Below the pieces are notes generated by a model that was not told the origin of the DNA, ran no database searches, and saw only the letters and a list, made by a program, of their open reading frames with translations. This document shows, in pieces, positions 57,909 to 64,000 of a stretch of 64,000 nucleotides of DNA. The position numbers and the translations under genes were made by a program. Each line of letters begins with the position of its first letter. Position 1 is the stretch's first letter. The DNA is from an uncultured Methyloversatilis sp. (GTDB lineage: Bacteria; Pseudomonadota; Gammaproteobacteria; Burkholderiales; Rhodocyclaceae), in assembly GCA_964580925.1 (NCBI GenBank), contig CAZOMI010000001.1, positions 48 through 64,047 on the forward strand, written 5' to 3'.

Positions 57909-58597
57909 CGCAAGCCACCGCGTGCCTTGCGCTCGGCCGTGGTCAAGGCCACCTTGTCACGAATGTAGAGCGGCATCGCAGCAGCAGCAACAACGCCCGA
58001 ACCACTGGCCAGCAGCGGCGCGGCCAGACGGGCCACGGCTGCGGCGGTGGGACTGGCCGTGGCGTCCGCGGCAATCAGGCGGGTACCCAGGCGCGTCGCC
58101 AGTAGCGGGCCATAAGTGGAAAATCCGTCACCGGCGCCGCGCCAGCCGGCGCCTTCAGGCAGGTTCGCCGTCTCGCCAGCGCCGACTATTGGCGCCATGA
58201 CTTCCTCGACCCGATCCCCATCCACCACATAGGCAGCGATATAAACCTCGTTCATGCGCGCGTCGAGACAGGCGATCACCCTGCCATCGCCGCTGGCCAG
58301 CGCCAGGGCTGCCAGCGAACCGATCGGCGCCACGGGACAATCGAGGCCGTAAGCGAGTCCCTGCGCAATACCGCAGGCCAGCCGCAAGCCGGTAAATCCT
58401 CCCGGTCCGGCGCCAAAGGCTATGCCGTCGAGCTGTGCCAGCACAATGCCGGCCTCGCCGAGGAGTTCACCGGCCCAGGGCAGCAGTCGCTCGGCACCGC
58501 CATTCGGCACATCGGCCGACCGCTCAAGCAGCACACCGGCACTCCAGAGGGCGACCGAGAGGCGGCGGGTGGAGGCTTCAAAAGCAAGGATTTTCAC
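57905..58597 (-). CDS. tsaB: tRNA threonylcarbamoyladenosine biosynthesis protein TsaB
   Basis: GTG start KILAFEAST, GPGGFTGLR, DARMNEVY, PLYIRDKVA. Confidence 0.93.
   Translation of the reverse strand: MKILAFEASTRRLSVALWSAGVLLERSADVPNGGAERLLPWAGELLGEAGIVLAQLDGIAFGAGPGGFTGLRLACGIAQGLAYGLDCPVAPIGSLAALALASGDGRVIACLDARMNEVYIAAYVVDGDRVEEVMAPIVGAGETANLPEGAGWRGAGDGFSTYGPLLATRLGTRLIAADATASPTAAAVARLAAPLLASGSGVVAAAAMPLYIRDKVALTTAERKARGGLR
58166..58189 (-). repeat. Motif A copy in tsaB
   Basis: ATAGTCGGCGCTGGCGAGACGGCG; IVGAGETA. Confidence 0.8.
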
Positions 58598-58607
58598 GGC
58601 GCGCAGT

Positions 58608-58881
58608 CTAGCAGCCTGTCGGACTTTATTCGCGGGTGCGACGGGGTCTATTTTGGATGCAGCACAAGGCGCGCCGACGAAGCTTTGGTGGCCCCCAAGC
58701 GAGGAGGCGTAACGCCGCGATGCGCCAAAATAGACCCCGTCCCGAAGGGTTGTCGGCAAACCGGGCGTCTGCGGCGTTGCACCGCTTGCCAATGGAACAA
58801 CCATTGCCCGCGCGGCGCGCCTTGCATCCATCCCGGTTTGCCGGCAACGCATCCCACGAATAAAGTCCGACAGGCTGCTAG
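58608..58881. mobile_element. MITE (non-autonomous; IS5/IS1182-like ends by inference)
   Basis: Perfect 25-bp terminal inverted repeats CTAGCAGCCTGTCGGACTTTATTCG, CTAG at both ends, internal inverted repeats, no transposase. Confidence 0.85.
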
Positions 58882-58964
58882 CAATTTTATGTGGCAGTTC
58901 GTCAGGCTGCCAGGGGAACGGTGTAGGATAGCGCCCGCAAATTTCACCCGATAAGGAGCTTCAC

Positions 58965-59300
58965 ATGCGCCACTGGATCCTGCTGTTTCTACTGGCCTGG
59001 CTGTCGCCGGCGCTGGCCCATCATCACCATGGCATCAGCCTCGATCCCGCCGCTTCAGTCGCAACGCCGCATCTGGCCGGTTCCAACAACGGGCCCACCG
59101 CGACGCCTACCCCTCCGCCGGCCGGATTCGTGCCAACCGAAGTAGCCACCGCCAACCTCCACAACCAGAACGGTTTCGCTCCCCTCGGCCTGTCGCTGCT
59201 CCTGCTGCTGGGCGGCTGGGGTATTTGGCAGTTGCTCAGGGGCGCCAGGAAAACCGCCATTGCTCGCGCAAGATCTAACGAACCGCCCGCCACACATTAA
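58965..59300 (+). CDS. Hypothetical exported/membrane protein
   Basis: SD AAGGAG, signal peptide, HHHH, Pro-rich linker, C-terminal TM plus basic tail. Confidence 0.65.
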   Translation: MRHWILLFLLAWLSPALAHHHHGISLDPAASVATPHLAGSNNGPTATPTPPPAGFVPTEVATANLHNQNGFAPLGLSLLLLLGGWGIWQLLRGARKTAIARARSNEPPATH

Positions 59301-59350
59301 TCAATACGAAGTTTTCCGGCCAGCGCATTGGCTGAACAGCCGGACCCGGA

Positions 59351-59653
59351 TCAGTCGTTGCGCCGATGCCGGCCGCGTGGATACAACTCATTCCCGGCAT
59401 CGCGAATGTCGCGGCGCAACTGGTGGCGCTCTTCCGGACTCATCTGCTGCCAGACCTCGCGGCGCTGGCGGTTTTCCCGACGGCGTTCCTCGCGTTGCTC
59501 GTCAGACAGTTCACGCATCGACCCACGCTGCCCCTGCCCATAGCCCGGCCCCGGCCCGTAATAGCCGGGCGGCGGCGGTGCGGGCTGCGCCCCTGCTGCC
59601 AGGGCAAGGGCAGACAGACCGAGCAACAGGAAAATACGCACGGAGGTTTTCAT
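59351..59653 (-). CDS. Small periplasmic helical protein divergent from ompR
   Basis: Signal peptide, LSDEQREE / MSPEERHQLRRDI repeats. Confidence 0.7.
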   Translation of the reverse strand: MKTSVRIFLLLGLSALALAAGAQPAPPPPGYYGPGPGYGQGQRGSMRELSDEQREERRRENRQRREVWQQMSPEERHQLRRDIRDAGNELYPRGRHRRND

Positions 59654-59813
59654 GCCCGCATTGTAGGCCGCTCCGGCAGGCAGGCGGCAGCAGGGTTTGT
59701 AACAAACCGTTGCGGTCCTGCGTTGCAGCAACATCCCGCAACGTCTCAACATAAAACGGCAGTATCCTGATCGCCATGAAACCCTGCCACGCCCTACCCG
59801 CCGCGGAGGCGAC

Positions 59814-60554
59814 ATGACCGAAACCCGCAAACACAAGATCCTCGTCGTCGATGACGACCTGCGCTTGCGCAGCCAGCTCGAACGCTATCTCGTCGAGCAG
59901 GGCTTTGCCGTCAAGACGGCAGCGGATGCTGCCGGCATGGACCGGCTGCTGGAACGTGAAATCTACGACCTGATCGTCCTCGACCTGATGCTGCCGGGCG
60001 AGGATGGCCTGGCGATCTGCCGTCGCCTGCGGGGCAACCGCCAGCACGGCAATGACATCGCCATCCTGATGCTGACCGCCAAGGGCGATGACATCGACCG
60101 CATCGTCGGCCTGGAACTCGGCGCCGACGACTACCTGCCCAAACCCTTCAACCCGCGCGAACTGGTGGCGCGCATCCACGCCGTGCTGCGCCGCCGCGCC
60201 GCCCCCCCGCCCGCCGGCGCACCCGCCGCCACGCACGAGGTGATGCGCTTCGGCCAGGTCGAAATCAATCTGGCCACCCGCGAATTGACGCGCGACGGCG
60301 CTGTCACCATTCTCACCACCGGCGAATTCGGCCTGCTGCAGGTGCTGCTCAAGCACCCGCGCCAGCCGCTGTCGCGCGACAAGCTGATGGAATTGGCGCG
60401 CGGGCGCGAACACGGCGTCTTCGACCGCGCCATCGACGTCCAGATCTCGCGCCTGCGCAAGCTGGTCGAGAACGATCCGGCCAAGCCGCGCTACATCCAG
60501 ACGGTATGGGGCTTCGGTTATGTGTTTGTTCCCGATGGCAAGGATGCGGGTTAG
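59814..60554 (+). CDS. ompR: OmpR-family response regulator
   Basis: VVDDD.RLR, LDLMLPGEDG, KPFNPREL, DVQISRLR, QTVWG.GY. Confidence 0.93.
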   Translation: MTETRKHKILVVDDDLRLRSQLERYLVEQGFAVKTAADAAGMDRLLEREIYDLIVLDLMLPGEDGLAICRRLRGNRQHGNDIAILMLTAKGDDIDRIVGLELGADDYLPKPFNPRELVARIHAVLRRRAAPPPAGAPAATHEVMRFGQVEINLATRELTRDGAVTILTTGEFGLLQVLLKHPRQPLSRDKLMELARGREHGVFDRAIDVQISRLRKLVENDPAKPRYIQTVWGFGYVFVPDGKDAG

Positions 60555-60558
60555 GTAA

Positions 60559-61905
60559 TTGCGTACCTTGCGTTTTCTCCCGCGCAGCCTGCTATGGCGT
60601 GCCTTTCTGCTGATCGCCACGCTGATGTTGCTGGCCGTTGCCGCCTGGCTGGCCATCTTCCGCGAGGCCGAACTGGAGCCGCGCGCCCGCCACTTGACGC
60701 AAATGGTCGTCAGCATGACCAACCTGACGCGGGTCGCCCTGCTGGCCGCCCAGCCTGAATTGCGCCACCATCTGCTGGCGGAACTTTCCGACCGCGAAAG
60801 CCTGCATGTCTACCCCGCTGACGACAACGACCAGGTTGTCCCGCCGCCGCCGTTGCCGCTGCCGCGCCGCATCGCAACCCTGCTGCAGGAACAGCTCGGC
60901 GCCGATACCCGCCTGGCCTTCGAACTGAACGGCGAACCCGGCCTGTTCGTCAGCTTTCGCATCTTCGAAGGCGCGGACGGCGATTTCTGGCTGGCCCTGC
61001 CGCGCGAACGGCTGGAACGCAAACTGCCCCTGCAATGGCTGGGCTGGGGCGCCGCGGTACTGTTGCTGTCGCTCGCCGGCGCCTGGCTGATCGTGTTCCT
61101 CATCACCCGTCCCCTGCGGGCGCTGGAAACCGCCGCCCGCAAAGTCGGCGCTGGCGAGACGCCGCCGCCACTGCCGGAACACGGTCCGCAGGAGATCACG
61201 GCCGTCACCACCGCCTTCAACCAGATGAGCGCGAACCTTCGGCAACTGGAAGATGACCGCCGCCTGCTGCTGGCCGGCATTTCACACGACCTGCGCACGC
61301 CCCTGACGCGCTTGCGCATGGAAACCGAACTCAGCGTTGCCGATGCCGAAGCGCGCGCCGGCATGGCTGCGGACATCGCCGAGATGGATCGCACCATCGG
61401 CCAGTTTCTCGACTTTGCCCGACCGCAGGACAGCGCCGGTAAGCCGGCAGAGCCAACCGACCTGGCCGCCCTGCTGAACGACATTGCCAGTCGTTATGGC
61501 GATCGGGTACGCCGTCCCGCCAGCACCGACTTTTCTGTACTGGCCGCGGCGCAACCCGAAGCGCTGCGCCGTGCCATCACCAACCTGATCGAAAACGCCC
61601 TGCGCCATGCCGATTCGGCGGAACCGGCCGACCTCACGCTGACGCAGGCGGGCAATGAGATTGTCATTGCCATCGCGGATCGCGGTCCGGGCATCGCCCC
61701 CGGCGAGATCGAGCGGCTGAAACTGCCGTTCACGCGCGGCGAAGCGGCACGCACCGATGCTGCCGGCGCCGGGCTGGGCCTGGCCATCGTCGAACGCATC
61801 GTGCGCGCCCAGCATGGCCGGCTGGAATTGCTGCCGCGCGAGGGCGGCGGCCTGATTGCGCAGATCAGGCTACCGACAGCCAGGCATGCAGGCATGCCCG
61901 GATAA
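60559..61905 (+). CDS. envZ: EnvZ/RisS-like sensor histidine kinase
   Basis: Two TM, HAMP, SHDLRTPLTR, NLIENA, DRGPGI, GAGLGL. Confidence 0.88.
   Translation: MRTLRFLPRSLLWRAFLLIATLMLLAVAAWLAIFREAELEPRARHLTQMVVSMTNLTRVALLAAQPELRHHLLAELSDRESLHVYPADDNDQVVPPPPLPLPRRIATLLQEQLGADTRLAFELNGEPGLFVSFRIFEGADGDFWLALPRERLERKLPLQWLGWGAAVLLLSLAGAWLIVFLITRPLRALETAARKVGAGETPPPLPEHGPQEITAVTTAFNQMSANLRQLEDDRRLLLAGISHDLRTPLTRLRMETELSVADAEARAGMAADIAEMDRTIGQFLDFARPQDSAGKPAEPTDLAALLNDIASRYGDRVRRPASTDFSVLAAAQPEALRRAITNLIENALRHADSAEPADLTLTQAGNEIVIAIADRGPGIAPGEIERLKLPFTRGEAARTDAAGAGLGLAIVERIVRAQHGRLELLPREGGGLIAQIRLPTARHAGMPG
61141..61164 (+). repeat. Motif A copy in envZ
   Basis: AAAGTCGGCGCTGGCGAGACGCCG; KVGAGETP. 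Confidence 0.8.
61510..61533 (-). repeat. Motif A copy in envZ (opposite strand)
   Basis: CGCCGTCCCGCCAGCACCGACTTT; RRPASTDF. Confidence 0.8.
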
Positions 61906-61906
61906 C

Positions 61907-61965
61907 TCCGGAAACGGAATCCAGAAACTGCTGCAGCCTGGACACCGGCTTTCGCCGGTGTGACG
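61907..61965. repeat. Degenerate CGTC-type palindrome between convergent genes
   Basis: GGAATCCAG...CTGGACACCGGCTTTCGCCGGTGTGACG. Confidence 0.7.
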
Positions 61966-61985
61966 GATATTTGTGGCCGAGCAAC

Positions 61986-64000
61986 TCAGTTCAGATTTTG
62001 TCCGCGCCCGATGCGTTCAAGAAACGCCCGCGCCTCGTCCTGCCCCTGGCTGGCGGCCATGCGCAACCATTTCATCGCCAGTCGCAGGTTTTTGCCCAGC
62101 CCGGCACCGCGGTAATAGGCCAGGCCCAGTTCGTACTGGGCGTTGACTTCGCCGAGTACGGCGGCGCGGCGCAGGTGGCGCAAGGCCAGCCGCGCATCGC
62201 GGCGCACGCCCTGGCCGTGCAGCAGGCAATAGCCCAGGCTGTAGAGCGCATAGGCATCTTCATGCTGGGCGACGGCCTGTTCGAACCAGCGGAAGGCCTC
62301 GCGGTAATTGAGCGCCACGCCTTCGCCTTGATAGTAGAGATCGGCCAATGCCAGTTTGGCGTCGAACAATGTCGCCGCACGGTGGTACCAGGTCAACGCC
62401 TGGGCCGGCTCCGCTGCCCCGCCCAGGCCGTGGCGCAGGCATTCGGCCAGCATGTAGGCGGCACGCCGGTGGCCCAGTTCGCCTGCCTTGCGATAGCACA
62501 GGCGCGCCCGCGCCGCATCCGCCACCGCGCCATGGCCATGGAAATGCCGCTCGCCCTCGGCAAACCAGTAGCGTTCCAGTTCGTCGAGTGCCGGTTGCCA
62601 GCCATTTTCGGCTGCCTGTTTCAATGCCGCCTCACCGCGCGCGACATCGACCTGGCCGCCGATGCCATACAAGCTGCAGCGTCCCAGTTCGGCGCGGCCG
62701 TGCGGGTCGCCGGCCGCCGCGGCCTCCAGATAGCATTGTCGTGCCGCGACAGGATCGGCAGCGATGCCCTCGCCGTGCTCATGACATTCACCCAGCCAGA
62801 CATGGGCGGATATTTCGCCACCATCGGCGGCACGCCGATACCAGGCCAGCGCGAGGCGCTTGTTCTCTTCGATGCCCTCGCCCCAGCGATAGCAGTGCCC
62901 GAGTTTCAGTTGGGCCCGCGCATGTCCCTGCCGGGCAGCGGCACGCCACCAGCGCACCGCCTCTTCGAGGTCGCGTTCCAGGTGGGCGCGGCCGGCGGCA
63001 TGGGCTTCGGCCAGTTCAAACTCGGCTGGCGCGTTGCCCCGCTCCGCCGCACGCCGATACCAGGCCAGGCCGAGCGCCGGATCGGGCGTGACACCAAAGC
63101 CGAAGGTGGTGCATTGCCCGAGCAGGAACATCGCTCCGCTGACGCGTTTGCGGGCCGCGGCGCGGAACCAGGTCACCGCTTCGGCATGGTTGGCGCTGGT
63201 GCCTTCCCCGGCATAGAGGCACAAGCCGAGAGAGAACATTGCCGGTGCAACGTCATCCAGCGTCGCCATGCGCCAGAGGCGCACCGCCTCGCCGCGGTTT
63301 TCAGCGACGCCGCGACCAAAAAAATGGCAGCGCGCCAGCAGGTCGGCGGCACGGCCGGAATTTTGCGCGTTCGCCAGCGTCAGCCAGCGGACCGCCTGCA
63401 CAAAATCGCGCGGCAGGTGTTGCCCCAGATAGAGCAGCCGCCCCAGCCAGTACTGCGCCAGATGACTGCCCTGCTCGGCCGACTGGTACAGGAGTTCGCT
63501 GCCGCGTGTCACATCTGCACCAACGCCATGCCCGCGCAACAGGCATAACGCAAACCATGTCACGCCGCGACTGTCCGCCGCGGCAGCAGCATGCGCGAAG
63601 AGGCGCGCCGCCTCGGCGTAATCCTTCGGCAACCCCATGCCGTGATAGAGCAGCCAGCCGAGCACTGCCTCGCCGGCAGGGGATTTTTTCTCGGCGCTTT
63701 GCGTCGCCCAGCTAACCGCATCGGCCACCGACTTCGGCAGTCCCTCACCGATGGCCGAACGCCAGGCCAGTTCCGCCTGGGCAGTGGCGTTGCCGCCTTG
63801 CGCCATGCGTTGCAGCTCGTCAAGCGGCACGGCACGCCAGAATTCGTCGGCATGCCCGAGCAGTTCGAGTCCCTGCGCAACACCGCGTTCGACCAGGCTG
63901 CTTTCCAGCACCTCGCGAAACAAACCGAGCAGAGCAGGCTGCCCAAGGGGAATCAATTGCATGCAATTCATCCACAACAAACCAAGTTGCAAGAATACGT
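61986..64000 (-). CDS. Sel1-like repeat protein (5' end outside window)
   Basis: Many A...LG..Y..G.GV..D...A..W...AA..G repeats; frame open to the window edge. Confidence 0.9.
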   Translation of the reverse strand, partial: VFLQLGLLWMNCMQLIPLGQPALLGLFREVLESSLVERGVAQGLELLGHADEFWRAVPLDELQRMAQGGNATAQAELAWRSAIGEGLPKSVADAVSWATQSAEKKSPAGEAVLGWLLYHGMGLPKDYAEAARLFAHAAAAADSRGVTWFALCLLRGHGVGADVTRGSELLYQSAEQGSHLAQYWLGRLLYLGQHLPRDFVQAVRWLTLANAQNSGRAADLLARCHFFGRGVAENRGEAVRLWRMATLDDVAPAMFSLGLCLYAGEGTSANHAEAVTWFRAAARKRVSGAMFLLGQCTTFGFGVTPDPALGLAWYRRAAERGNAPAEFELAEAHAAGRAHLERDLEEAVRWWRAAARQGHARAQLKLGHCYRWGEGIEENKRLALAWYRRAADGGEISAHVWLGECHEHGEGIAADPVAARQCYLEAAAAGDPHGRAELGRCSLYGIGGQVDVARGEAALKQAAENGWQPALDELERYWFAEGERHFHGHGAVADAARARLCYRKAGELGHRRAAYMLAECLRHGLGGAAEPAQALTWYHRAATLFDAKLALADLYYQGEGVALNYREAFRWFEQAVAQHEDAYALYSLGYCLLHGQGVRRDARLALRHLRRAAVLGEVNAQYELGLAYYRGAGLGKNLRLAMKWLRMAASQGQDEARAFLERIGRGQNLN

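Noticed and set aside
58598-58852. N-terminal extension of TsaB
   Set aside because: Read-through of the MITE. The family-like sequence starts at GTG 58597.
61986-64000. Sel1-repeat protein as a novel system
   Set aside because: Common family. The N-terminal domain lies outside the window, so nothing specific can be claimed.

Overview
GC-rich betaproteobacterial chromosomal segment. Gene content and style suggest Rhodocyclales/Sterolibacteriaceae (inference). The backbone is housekeeping: tig-clpP-clpX-lon, tRNA-Leu, hpnCDE, ybbA/tesA, selD/mnmH, rsuA, metY-like/cysK, yoaA-(ATP-grasp-like)-mobB-moeA-moaD-moaE, phasin, CoA-transferase, clpB, tag, Pat acetyltransferase, nrdJ, tRNA-Ser, DUF58-tgpA-mltB, tsaB-rimI-udg-surE-pcm-nlpD-rpoS, ompR-envZ and a Sel1-repeat gene. 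Accessory pieces are three TA pairs, an orphan HicA, an orphan CheB, an HD-GYP/hybrid kinase/hemerythrin-kinase cluster and a MITE. The most striking signal is not a gene. A 24-bp non-palindromic motif, AAAGTCGGCGCTGGCGnnACGGCG, occurs about 19 times by eye count, on both strands and mostly written into core ORFs in three different reading frames, as DNA uptake sequences are. It is also the precise insertion site of tiny in-frame hairpin elements. Several other hairpin repeat families nest inside each other, inside ORFs (hpnE, mltB, moaE, the ATP-grasp-like gene) and inside the anticodon of a duplicated tRNA-Ser 5' half. All calls are from manual reading; no database searches were run.
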